A stretch of 64,000 nt of DNA from Rhynchobatus australiae. Its lineage: Eukaryota. Location of the stretch: positions 9,404,670-9,468,669 of the forward strand of contig JAUZTB010000084.1 in the NCBI GenBank assembly GCA_034780895.1, written 5' to 3'. This document shows positions 38,553 through 51,419 of the stretch, one piece after another; positions within the stretch are counted from its first letter, which is position 1; every line of letters starts with the position of its first letter. The notes beneath the pieces were generated by a model. It was not told where the DNA came from. It did not search any database and saw only the letters and a list, made by a program, of their open reading frames with translations. The position numbers were made by a program, and so were the translations under genes.

Positions 38553-41334
38553 CTGTAAATCATAAATAAAAACAGTTTTACGAATAAGTAGTTGAATCAT
38601 TTTATCCACAGTTGCAGAATGAAGAACTGTTCTCAATTTCTTTGTTTTGGAGGTCCACAGCCATCCTGGGGTTCGAAGGTCTCATCCTCCTCTTTCTTGT
38701 GATTAAATGACTCGATGATGATTAAAGAGGGAAGTGGATAGAGGAATGCCAGTAGTTATGCACAGTTTTAAAGTCACAAAGGTGAGAGTGACTGGGCTGT
38801 TGCATTAAATAAAATCGGTGCAACATTTAACATGCAGTCATAAACAGATGATTAGCCAATCAAAGGAGATGAGGATGAGCGACAAGCGTGTCAGTTTAGT
38901 TTCGAAAAGTGCAATCAGAGATATGGCACAGGGATAAGCGCTGGGCCCCCAATCAATTTACAATGTATGCTCATGAGCGAGCATGCAAGACTCGTGCGAT
39001 CTCTTTAGCTCACGGTGTAAATATAGGTATGGAAAAAGTGGGAAACACGTTGGAAGCAGTTCAGGGAGGGTTGAATTCCTCAAAATCTGCAGAAGGACTG
39101 TGGTTCAGATAAGCCGGTACTGCACAGATCAACTATTTGTAAGTTTATCTCCCCCAATAGGACTGAGATCGCTTCCAAATGAAAATTGCCTGATTCATTT
39201 CCGCTTTGTAAATAGTTCTGATTTTGACCTCTGCCCTTCACGATCCTGGCACTTTATTGCTGTAAGAAGGGCCTCCTTGGACTTTTCCTGCTCCCCCACA
39301 TCACTGAAGTCCTCTTCCCCTTTAGGGCTGCAGTGAAACGTTCCTAAATGGTGGGCATCCTCCTCAAGTGTGATGTGAAAAAAGGACACACTTCATTCAA
39401 TACCCTGCTGTTGATATGTATAAATCATGCCTCATAAGCTTTTCTGTTCGTTCTCACATGTAGCTTTGAGATTAAGCGGGAACAAACAACACAATCTTTC
39501 AGCATGTGAGGGAAATATATGTTCAGATGGCATTTTTCACCTCATATCTCCGCCTGTTCTGACACCCGCATCTTTACGAACTCTTCGGTAACATCTGAAT
39601 TCATCAAATTATCACTCTGGAATCCATTTGCCCAAGTTGAGGAGCAAACTTCCCACAATCACTTGTGGCTGTAGATAGTTACTGTCGGTAAACGGTTCTA
39701 CAGGAAGTCCATTACCCTGACTCATACATCACACCATGGGAAACAGTGTGGTTTTGGAACATGACTTGAATATTTGCTCCATTTTATTCTCCNNNNNNNN
39801 NNNNNNNNNNNNNNNNNNNNNNNNNNNNNNNNNNNNNNNNNNNNNNNNNNNNNNNNNNNNNNNNNNNNNNNNNNNNNNNNNNNNNNNNNNNNAGTGAGCC
39901 TGTGTGACTTTCAAGTGCTGTGTTTGAGATTGAGTGCCGAGGCTTTGGTTTGTGAGACTTCGGCGACGAGGTAGAGCAGTGGCAGAGGTAAAAACAGGAA
40001 AACTTATTTTATCCTGATTACGTTGACTAAGTGAAGGCGGGATGTCAGTGTTGACTTTGGTAGTCTCCTGCTGCAGTATGTGGGAGATCATGGAAACTTC
40101 AAGTTCCACGCTAATTACATCTGTGAGAAGTGCGTCCGGCTGCTACTTCTTGTTGATCGAGTCAACGAACTGGAGATGAAGCTGCACGCAGTCAGGATTA
40201 CACAGCTTGCTTAGAGCATTAAGGAAAGGAGTTCTCGAAGTGGACACACCTACGCTGCAAGTTGTAGGTTGTTGTGAGACCACCAAGAAAGGTAAACTGA
40301 GCAGGCAGTCTATGCAGTGTTCCCTTCCGGCCATCTCCCTCAGTCACAAGTATCTCTCTTTGGATACTGTTGGGGGAATGACTTTCAGAGTGAAGAGGCA
40401 GCAGCCACTTTTGCGGCACCGTCACCGGCTCTGAGGCTCAGAATGGAAGGGTGAAGTTTCAGAGAGCGATAGTGATAGTACACTCCATTGTTATGGAATT
40501 AGACAGCGGATTTTGTGGTCAAAAACAAGAACGCCAGAGCGGTATGTGGCACCCAAGGTGCCAAAGTCAAATATGTCTCCCAGCGGTTGCAGAATATTTT
40601 CAATGGGGAAGGTTAGCAGTCAGATCTCGTTGAGTACATTGATATCATGTGATGAGGTCCTGCTGAGTGAGTATCGGGAAGAGGTTGAAAAGCAGAATCC
40701 CAAGGGTAGTGATCTCTGGATTATTCCCAGTGTCACGTGCTAACGAGAGGAGAAATAGAAGTATATACCAGATAAAGGGTTGATCCAGGTTGGTGCCGGG
40801 TACAGAGCTTCAGCTTCTTGGACCGGAAGCATTTCTTCTGGGTCAGAGATGACTTGGACAAGAGGGACGGATTACACCTGAAATGGAGGGGCACCAACGT
40901 CAGGGAAGAAAGATTTGTTCATGTTACTCGCGAGAGTTGAAACATTGTGTGGGTGGTCCCTCCGTAGATATGTGACGATTGAGAAGTTGCGGCAAACACT
41001 GAAGACAATGAGAACAAATTAAGTAGAGAGTTCAGCCAGTAGCACTGGGAGAGAGGAAAGACCAAGAGTTTAAACTAGACTTGTTTCAAATGCAAACTGT
41101 GTAAAGTAAGGCAGATGGACTCAGGACGTGGAGTGGCTCAGAGGATGGGACATGACAGCCATAACAGAGACATGGATGAGAGAAGAGCCAGTCAGTGTCC
41201 AAGATGCAGATGCTGCCTGCCTGGTAGTGGCACAGGTAAGAGAAGGGAGAGTGACTTTCTGATGAGGCAGGCCATAAGAACAATGCTGAGTGAATTTTCT
41301 TAGAGGTCCAGTGAGGTGATATGAGTAGATCAAA

Positions 41335-42160
41335 AACAATCAGAATCAAGTATATTACCGCTGACATATGTCTTGAAATCTATTGTTTTGTGGCAGCAGC
41401 ATCGTGCAAGTCAAAAGAGAAAATTTACGGGAAGTTACAAAAACTTTAAAAATGGTGCAAAAGAAAAATAACGAGGTATTATTCATGGGTCCATGGACCG
41501 TTCAGAAGTCTGATAGCGGAGGGGTTAAAGCTGTTCCTGAAACGTGGAGTGTGGGTCTTCAGGCTCCTGTATATCCTCCCCGATGGTCGGAAAGTGAAGA
41601 GGGCATGTCTCAGTTAGTTAAAGTTCTTAATAATGAACCCCGCCTTTTTGAGGCACAGCCTGCTGATGCTGTCCTCGATGACAGGGAGTGTTGTACCCGT
41701 GATTTTTCTGGCTGAGGGTACAGTCCTGTGCAATTCTTTCGATCCTGCATATTGGAGGATCCATGCCAGTCGGTGATGGACCAGTCAGAATACTCCCCAC
41801 CGTACATCGGCGGGAGTTTGAATGAGCCTTGGGAGACATACAAATCTTATCAGACTCCAACTGAAGTGAAGCCACTGGTCTGCCTTCTTCGTTATTGCAA
41901 CATTGATTTGGACCCCAGAGAGATCCTCTGACACTCAGGAACTTGAAGCTGCCCACATTTTCCAACGCTGATCCCTCAATCAAGACTGGTGTGCATTCTC
42001 CCAACCTCCCCCTCTGAAGTCACAATCAATTTCTTGGTCTTGCTCGTTGAGACGTTGAGTGTGAGTTTATTGTTGAGACACAACTCCACTAGCCGATCTA
42101 TCTCTCTCCTGCAGGCTTCCTCATCATCACCTGAGCCAGCAACAGTGGTGTCATCAGACA
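41335..42160 (-). mobile_element. Rex1/Babar LINE 3' part nested in CR1
   Basis: DDTTVAG..EEACRREIDRLVELCLNNKLTLNVS..KTKKLIV. Confidence 0.8.
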
Positions 42161-42384
42161 AGAAGGGAATGATCAATTCGGTGACACTGTATTCTAGACA
42201 CCCCCCCCCCAATGGTTAGGGATAATTAGACCAAATGTGTTGTGAGGTCGCAGATATCTTAATAATTATCGGTTTGTGTTAGTAGGAGATTTTAAATTCC
42301 TTGATATTCAGTATGTCACCCATAGAACAAAGGGCTTACACAGGATGAAATGTATTATACGTGCTCAAGAAAGCTTCCTTCATC

Positions 42385-43560
42385 AGAATAAGAATCTGAA
42401 TTAGGTTTTATACCACTGACATCTGTCGTGAATACTGTTTTGCGGCAGCAGTACGAGATATTAAGTCATCAAATTTACACTAAGTTATGGAAGTAAATAT
42501 ATAGTACAGAAGAGAAGATACAAGGTGTTCATGGGTTCATTCAGTGTTCAGAAATCGAATGAAGGAGTGGAAGAAATTGTTTCTCAAACGTTTAGTGTAG
42601 AACCTCTTACAAGGAGTACCTTGTGTTAGGGTTAGGGTTAGGGTTAGGGTTAAGTCTCATCAAGGAGTACCTTCTCCTTGATGGTAGGAACGTGAAGGGG
42701 GCATGTTCATGGTGGTGAGCGTCCTTAATATTGGATCCTGCCATCTGGAGGCACTGCCTCTTGAAGCGGAGTGTTGGGCCCGTGATGGAGCTGGCTGAGT
42801 CTACAACCCCCTGCATCCTCTTTTAATCCTGCATTTAGCTGCTTCCGTACTCGGCGGAAATTCAAACAGTCAGAATGTTCTTCATTGTACATCTCAAAAT
42901 ATTGCAAGAGTATTTAGTGATGTACCAAATCTCCCGAAATTCCAAAGAAGTAAATCCTCTCGCGTGCCTTCTTCGTGATTGCATCAATGTGCTGGTCTCA
43001 GAATAGATCCTCTGATATGTTGACGCGAAGGCACTTGAAGCTGCTCACCTTTTCCGCCGCTGACTTCTTAATGTGGACAGGTGAGTTTTTTCCGACTTCC
43101 CCTTCCTGAAGTCCACAATGAATTCCTTGGTCTATCTGACGTTGTGTGGGAGGTTGTTGTGGTTGCACCACTCAATCAGATAACCCATCTCACTTATGTA
43201 GGCCTAACCATTGCCGTTTGAGGTTCTGCCAACAACAGTGGTGTTATCGGTAAATTTATAGATGACAGTTAAGCTGTATCTAGCCACACAGTTATGAGTG
43301 TAGTGTAAGTTGAGCACTGGACTAAGCACGCATTCTTGATGCGCGCCTCTGTTGATAGTGAGCGAGAAGGATATATTACTACCGTTCGGCCCTGATTGTG
43401 CTCTCCCGATAAGGAAGTCGGGGAAGCCTTTGCATAGGGAGACATGGGCATAGGTTTGAAACTTGCTGGTTAGTGATGAGGGCATGACGCTGTTAAACGC
43501 TGAGTTGTAATCGATAACCAGATTGATATATGTTTCGCTGTTGTCGATGTCTAAATCTAG
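42385..43560 (-). mobile_element. Rex1/Babar LINE RT and 3' part nested in CR1
   Basis: IDYNSAFNSV..GAHQECVLSPVL..YTHNC..KFTDNTTVVG. Confidence 0.8.
42626..42652 (+). repeat. Interstitial telomeric repeat (TTAGGG)4
   Basis: Four perfect units plus TTA. Confidence 0.9.
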
Positions 43561-46500
43561 GTATAGAGGACCCAAGCAGAGAAAGTGCAACACTAGACAT
43601 TCATTTTGGGAATGAGTCAGGCCAAGAGACTGTCAGTAAGTGAGCAATTTACGACCAGAAGGCCATTAGTTTTGAAACACTGATGGAAAAAGACAGGGCT
43701 CATCCACAATCAGGTGTTTAATAGGCCCAGGTTTAATTTTGGTTGCATTTGGCGGGAACTTGCAGAAGTCGATTGGGTGAGACTGTTTGTAGGTAAAGGG
43801 ACTTCTGGAAAATGAAAGGCTTTTAAGAGTGAGATATCTGGAGGGAAGGGCAGCATGTTTCTGTTGGGGTGAAGGGAAAGGCTTCAGGTTCAGAAAAAGA
43901 AATTGGTTGACGAGAGATATTCGGGCTCTGGTCAGGAAAAGAAATTAGATCGACATTATATTTACATATTTTAAATCAAATTACTTGTCGAGTACAAGGA
44001 GTAGGAGCACACGAGGAAAATCAGGAGGGCAAAAGGAGGAACTGAAAAGGATGTGCCAGCCAAGGTCACCGAAATTCCCAAGATATTATNNNNNNNNNNN
44101 NNNNNNNNNNNNNNNNNNNNNNNNNNNNNNNNNNNNNNNNNNNNNNNNNNNNNNNNNNNNNNNNNNNNNNNNNNNNNNNNNNNNNNNNNNNNNNNNNNNN
44201 NNNNNNNNNNNNNNNNNNNNNNNNNNNNNNNNNNNNNNNNNNNNNNNNNNNNNNNNNNNNNNNNNNNNNNNNNNNNNNNNNNNNNNNNNNNNNNNNNNNN
44301 NNNNNNNNNNNNNNNNNNNNNNNNNNNNNNNNNNNNNNNNNNNNNNNNNNNNNNNNNNNNNNNNNNNNNNNNNNNNNNNNNNNNNNNNNNNNNNNNNNNN
44401 NNNNNNNNNNNNNNNNNNNNNNNNNNNNNNNNNNNNNNNNNNNNNNNNNNNNNNNNNNNNNNNNNNNNNNNNNNNNNNNNNNNNNNNNNNNNNNNNNNNN
44501 NNNNNNNNNNNNNNNNNNNNNNNNNNNNNNNNNNNNNNNNNNNNNNNNNNNNNNNNNNNNNNNNNNNNNNNNNNNNNNNNNNNNNNNNNNNNNNNNNNNN
44601 NNNNNNNNNNNNNNNNNNNNNNNNNNNNNNNNNNNNNNNNNNNNNNNNNNNNNNNNNNNNNNNNNNNNNNNNNNNNNNNNNNNNNNNNNNNNNNNNNNNN
44701 NNNNNNNNNNNNNNNNNNNNNNNNNNNNNNNNNNNNNNNNNNNNNNNNNNNNNNNNNNNNNNNNNNNNNNNNNNNNNNNNNNNNNNNNNNNNNNNNNNNN
44801 NNNNNNNNNNNNNNNNNNNNNNNNNNNNNNNNNNNNNNNNNNNNNNNNNNNNNNNNNNNNNNNNNNNNNNNNNNNNNNNNNNNNNNNNNNNNNNNNNNNN
44901 NNNNNNNNNNNNNNNNNNNNNNNNNNNNNNNNNNNNNNNNNNNNNNNNNNNNNNNNNNNNNNNNNNNNNNNNNNNNNNNNNNNNNNNNNNNNNNNNNNNN
45001 NNNNNNNNNNNNNNNNNNNNNNNNNNNNNNNNNNAATGGAAAAAAGACAGGGTTCGTCCACAATCAGGTGTTTAATAGGCCCAGGTTTAATTTTGGATGC
45101 ATTTGGCGGGAACTTGCAGAAGTCAATTGGGTGAGACTGTTTGTAGGTAAAGGGACGTCTGGAAAGTGAAAGGCTTTTAAAAGTGAGATATCTGGAGGGA
45201 AGGGCAGCATGTTTCTGTTGGGGTGAAGGGAAAGGCTTCAAGTTCAGAAAAAGAACTTGGTTGACGAGAGATATTCAGGCTCTGGTCAGGAAAAGAAATT
45301 AGATCGATATTATATTTACATATTCTGAATTACTTGTCGAGTACAAGGAATAGGAGCACACAAGGAAAATCAGGAGGGCAAAAGGAGGAAATGAAAAGGA
45401 TCTTCCAGCCAAGGTCACCGAAATTCCCAAGATATTATGCAGATATATTGAGGGTTATGGAGTTGGCAGGGAGAAATTAAGTCTTCTTAAGGACCGGCAT
45501 GGCTGTCAATTCATGGAACCACAAGAGGTGGGTAAGATTTTTAATGAATAATTCTCATCAGATTTTACTGCAGAAATCATGGAAACTATGGGATTGACTC
45601 CAAATTAGCAGTGATATCTTGGGCCATGTCCGAATTACAGAAGACGCGGTTTTGGCAGTCTTAAACCACATTAATGTGGATAAATCTCCAGGGATGACCA
45701 CTGCATCCTCGGATCTTGTGGAAAGCTGGGGAAGAAATTATGGAGGCCCTTGCAGAGATAATTACATCATTTTTAGCCACAGCTGCAGTCCTGAAAGATT
45801 TGAGGATGGCTAATGGTGTACTGTTATTTAAGAAGGGTAACAAAGATAAGCAAAGAAACTGCAGGCCGTTAACAATGACATTAGTGGTGTTAAGTTACTA
45901 GAGGAGATTCTGAAGGTCAGGTTCTACCAGGATGTGCAGGGAGAAGAACTGATTAGGGACAGTCAGCATGGCTCTGTATCTTGGCAATCGTATCCTAAAA
46001 ACCTGTTAGAACTTTTGAAGTGGATTGTTGAGAGCATTGCTGAGGATATTGTTTGCATGGACTTTAGCATGTCTGGAAAGTCAGATCTCGGAGGAGTTGG
46101 CCAGTTGGATTCATTATTGACTCGATGGCAGGAAGTACAGTGCGATGGTGGAAGATTGTTTTTCAGACTGCAGGTCTGTTACTCGTGGCGTGCCTCACGG
46201 TTCAGTGCTGGGACCACTGTTGCTTGTCATTGAAATAAACGATTTCGACGAGAATGTACAAGGAATGATCAGTAAGTTTTCCGATGATATTGAAAATGGG
46301 TAATATCATAGACAATGCAGAATATCGTAAAAATTAAACGTGGATCTTGAACAGCTTGGTAAGTGGGACAAGTAATGCAACCGGCTCATTCCAGATGAGA
46401 GGGAAGTGTTGTATTTTGGTAAATCAAAATAGGAAAGAAATCTCGGACTGACCTTCCTGGGGAGGTGTTGTAAAACACAGGGATCTTGGAGTGCAAGTAA

Positions 46501-46847
46501 ATATTTCCCTGAAACTGTCATCACAAGCAGACAAGGTTGTGAAGGCGGCGTTTGGCACACTGGCTTTTTATCATTCAGGGCATTGAGTTGAAGAGCTGGG
46601 ATGTTATGTTGCAGTTGTACAAAACGTTGGCGAGTCCGCACCTGGAGTATCGTGTGCAGTTTTTTCGGGCTGATTTGCTGGAACTGGACAGCCTAAGTTA
46701 TAAGAGACGTAGGGCAGGCTCAGCCTTTATTCCATGGAGTGTAGGAGACTGACTGCATTCCTTATGGAGGTGTATAAAATCATCATCAGGGACATAGATG
46801 GGGTGGATAAACATAGGCTGTTTCCCAGGGAAAGAGAATCAAACATT

Positions 46848-47127
46848 AGAATAGATAAGATATCCTTAATAGTTACATGCATATCAAACACACATAGTGA
46901 AATGCATCTTTGTGTTGAGTGTTCTGAGAGCAGCCCGCAAGTGTCGCCATGCTTCTAGCGCCAAATAACACGCCCACAACTTCCTAACATGTCTTAGGAA
47001 CGTGGGAGGAAACCCACGCAGACACGGCATGAACGTACAAACTCCTTACAAATAGCCACCGGAACTGAACCCGTGTTGCTATCACTGTAATAGCGTTACA
47101 CTAACCGCTACACTGCCGTGCCTGCCC
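46848..47127 (-). mobile_element. tRNA-derived SINE nested in CR1
   Basis: Minus strand ggcacggcagtgtagcggttag (A-box-like) and ggttcagttcc (B-box-like). Confidence 0.8.
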
Positions 47128-48199
47128 AAAGTAGGGGAAGTATTTAAAGTGAGTGGAGAAAGATTTCATGGAAACCTGAGAGCAAACCTCTTCATAAAGA
47201 TGGTGGTCAGTGAATGGACCAAACTGCCAGAAGGAGTGCTCGAGGCAGGTACATTAACAGCATTGAAAAGACACTTGGATAGTGAGATGGATTAGCAAGC
47301 ATCTGTGGAAAATGAAACAAACATGGATCAACTCTACAAATTGGACGAGTATCCTTGTCGGCAGAGACGAGTTGGGTTGAAGGGACTGTTCTGTACTGTA
47401 TTCCTCTCTGACCTTGTGACATAAATGGTCGAGTCCCGAAGAGTACTGAGGAACAGAGACACTTTTATGTACAAATACTTAAAGGTGGCGGCACAGGTTG
47501 ATAGGTCATACAGGATGCGTGAATTCTCAGCAGGGTAACAGAATATCGGACCATGTCAGCATGCTACAGTTTCACAAGACGATGGATAGGTCAAGGCTGG
47601 AGCACAAAGAGAACTTGAAACGCCACAGCATACACGTCTGTAGAGCAAGGAGATACAAAGGAAATACAAGAGCAGTTCATTACTTGTTTGTCGTTCTTGG
47701 CCAAAGGACCAGTTACTGTGCTGTATGGGAAATATAATAGAAACTGGTAGGAAAGTTGATGAAAAAACAACAACCTTAAATATGATACCTGGAGAAATTA
47801 CTAATGAATATAGTGGAGGATTGGTTTAGTCGAGGAGACAATGGAATAGGCCTCATTGACCCGTTCATCGAATGAGCCAGTTCAAAGCCTTGCTGCTTGC
47901 GTTGACAATCCACGCTGTTAGTGTTTACATCCCTCTCATGAGATTCTCCAGCTTTGTTCTACCCTGCCCAATAGGCTGGCATTGTTTTCATTCTGTGTTT
48001 GGTTGCTTCGTACTCATACAGGCAAAGAAGTAGTATGCAGGTAAGTATCCCATTTCCCGATCAAATTAGTTTAAAATATTCACAAGCGTACCAGCAAATC
48101 CCACTTATTCGGTTCCAGTTCATGTTCCAGATGAGGTTCATGAATCCTATGTACGTTTTGAACAGAAAGCGATGGGAATGTTTCCATCCAACCCGACAG

Positions 48200-49745
48200 C
48201 CTCTAATGCACCTGTATCCACAGTCACCATGGCAGACTTAAGATCAGTCCTGCGGAGAGTGAACACGCGGAGAGTCGCTGACCCGAATGGTTTCCATGGC
48301 CGTGTCTTCACATTCTGCGCAAATCACTGACGGGTATTTACAGACATTTTTAATCTCTCGCTGCTTCACTCTGAGGTTCCCACTGCTTAATTAAACCACT
48401 ATAATACCGGTAGTTGAGGGGGAAAAAACCTACAACGTGCCTTAACGACTACCGCCAGTTGGCTCTGACGTCCACCATGATTACGTCTTTCCAGAGGCTG
48501 GTTATGGCACGCATGAACTCCAGCCTCCCAGACAACATCGACCCACTGCAATTCGCTATCTTGCAAAACAGGTTTACTGCGGATGCCATCTCCCTGGCCG
48601 ACAACCATGTATGGAGCAATTGGTAGTTAATAAACCTGGGTTCGACTGTTGTATATTAGCTACATCTCCGCCTTCAATGTTACCATTCCAAACAAACTCA
48701 TCTCTAAACTGCTAAACTTGGGACTCAGCACCTCCCTTTGCAACTGGATCCTTAACTTACTGGCCAACAGAGCGTAATCAGTGATGGTCGGCAGCAACGT
48801 GTCCGCCACGATTATTCGCAACACTGACGCTTGACAAAGCTGTGTCCTTAGTCCCCTACTCTACGTCCTGTACGCTCATGACTGGGCACCCTATATGTCC
48901 ATGACTGGGTAATTCCATCCACAAGTTTGCAGATGATACCACCGTTGTAGGCGTATCTCAGGTCGAGTACTGGAAGACAGAAATCCTACTAACATGGTGT
49001 AATTATAATATTTTCCTCACAGTCAGCAAAACAAAATAGCTGGTTATTGATTCAGGAAGATGTCGTTGCAATGGTCCTCTTTGCATCAGTGATGATGAAG
49101 TCGTGAGGCTTTAGAGTTTCAAGCTCCAAGGAGTCAACATCACTGAGAGACGGTGCTAGTCTAACGATGTGGGTGAAACAGCCAAGAAAGCTCAGTAGCA
49201 CCTTTATTTCGTCAAGATGCTAAAGATATGTGGCAGGTCCCCATCGATACTCACAAATTTTTATCGATATACGATAGAACACATCTGGTCCAGGTGCATA
49301 ACGGCTCGGTATGGCAACTGCTCTGCCTATGACCGCAAGGAACTGCAAAGACTTGTGGACAGAGCCCAACACATCACTGAATCGAGCTTTGTCTCCGTGA
49401 AGTCTATTAACACTTCTCGCTGCCTCGGTAAATTCGCCAGCATAATGAAAGACCCCAGTCACCCCAGACATTCTCTCTTCTACACCTCCCCGAAAAATGG
49501 ACATCCTGAAAGCACGTACCACCGGGCTCAATGGCAGCTTCTATCACACTATTATGATACTATTGAATGGTTTGGTAATATTGACTCTTGAACTCATAAT
49601 TTACCTCGTTTAGACCTTGATCCTTACGACCTCCCGACACTGCACTTTATCTCAACCGTAACACTTTATTCTGCATTCTGTTTTTATTTGTGTACAACCT
49701 CAATGAATTTTTGCAATGAATTGAACTGCGTGGACCATATGCATG
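48200..49745 (+). mobile_element. Rex1/Babar LINE RT to 3' UTR
   Basis: CLNDYRQLALTS..IDPLQFA..TADAISLA and ILTNFYRYTIEHI..CITARYGNCS. Confidence 0.85.
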
Positions 49746-51419
49746 TGACAAAAGGCAATACATTTACAAAGTTACGCTCCGGTTTCTGCAGTCTACATCT
49801 TTGCCAGAGACAAACGTCTGAAGAACTACTTCCTGCACCATATTCTCACACATGTATACATCTGAATCATTCTCCATTTACTGTACTCGCCTGCACATGG
49901 CAACAGAGAATGCAGAGGTTCAAAGTTCAAATGTTTAGCCTTTTTATCCTGCTGCCTCTCAATCAGAATTGGCCTTACTGGACATCGTCTCTGTTTCTCA
50001 TGTGTGACTTTATGACTTGCAACTTCTAATGTATTACCCTCCAACGTTAACATGCGATGCAACAGTTCTGTGGCATGCTTGACACTGGCACCAGGGTGTG
50101 TCACACACCATTCCGGTTTTGCGGCTGCAGCCGCAGAAGTCTTCCACCACAAGTGAATTTCGGCTCATTCTCCGCCATCCCAAACCCCGTACCACGCGAT
50201 ATATCCTGGAGCGGAGGCCCGCATCGAGTCCGCATCTTTGCTTTGGCTCAGTCCTCCGAAGAACGCCACCCCAGGGTTTTGCGGTACTATTTTTAGTGTT
50301 TGAATTGGTCTGTGCTGACTCTTTCTCGACTTGTTGCTCGNNNNNNNNNNNNNNNNNNNNNNNNNNNNNNNNNNNNNNNNNNNNNNNNNNNNNNNNNNNN
50401 NNNNNNNNNNNNNNNNNNNNNNNNNNNNNNNNNNNNNNNNATTGACTCTTGAACTCATAATTTACCTCGTTTAGATCTTGAACCTTACGACCTCCCGACA
50501 CTGCACTTTATATCAACTGTAACACTTTATTCTGCATTCTGTTTTTTTTTCGTACAACCTCAATGAATTTTTGCAATGAATTGATCTGCGTGGATCATAT
50601 GCAAGACTAGTGTTTCACTGTACATCAGTACATGTGATAACAGGCAATAAATTTACAAAGTTGCACTCCGGTTACTGCAGTCTCCATCTTTGCCAGAGAC
50701 AAAAGTCTGAAGAACTACTTTTTGCACCAAATTCTCACACATGTATACATCTGAATCATTCTCCATTTACTGTACTCGCCTGCACATGGCAACAGTGAAT
50801 GCAGAGGTTCAAAGTTCAAATGTTTAGCTTTTTTTATCCTGCTGCCTCTCAATCAGAATTGGCCTCATTGGACGTCGTCTCTGTTTCTCATGTGTGACTT
50901 TATGAATTGCAACTTCTAATGTATTACCCTCCAACGTTGCGATGCAACCGTTCTGTGGCATGCTTGACACTGGCACCACGGTGTTGTCACACACCATTCC
51001 GGTTTTGCGGCTGCAGCCGCAGGAGTCTTCCACAACAAGTGAATTTCGGCTCTTTCTCCGCCATCCTAATCCCCCGTACCAGGCGATATATCGTGGAGCG
51101 GAGGCCCACATCGAGTCTTAATCTTTGCTTTGGCTCAGTCCTCCGAAGAACGCCACCCCACGGTTTTGCGGTACTATTTTTAGTGTTTGAATTGGTCTGT
51201 GCTGACTCTTTCTCGACTTGTTGCTCGTGCTCTCAGCTCTGTTTCCTTTTACCACTTCCTTGGCCTGAGATTCCGGTTGATCTGCGGTGTTTTCTTTCTA
51301 CGAGTTGTCGCGGCGTCTGAGTTACCTCATGGAGATTCAAATTGCTCTTTCATTGTGACCAGTAGCATCAATCTGGTTATCTGAAACCTTGTCCGTGTTT
51401 GAGCGTGAATCGACTGCTT

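Larger units (their letters stand above)
39893..47410 (+). mobile_element. Near full-length CR1 LINE (ORF1 zinc finger/SGNH and ORF2) carrying nested insertions
   Basis: CSMWEI..YICEKCVRL, RAIVIxxSIV and DGLHLxWRGTN in ORF1; DKSPG, LFKKGNKD, LIRDSQHG and IELKSWDVMLQLYK in ORF2; 3' tail near 47400. Confidence 0.8.

Noticed and set aside
43985-45241. Long ORFs of 325-394 aa, and other X-containing ORFs
   Set aside because: Artefacts of translating through N gaps.
50120-50135. 16-bp palindrome tgcggctgcagccgca
   Set aside because: Short, has no context, and could arise by chance in a GC-rich patch.
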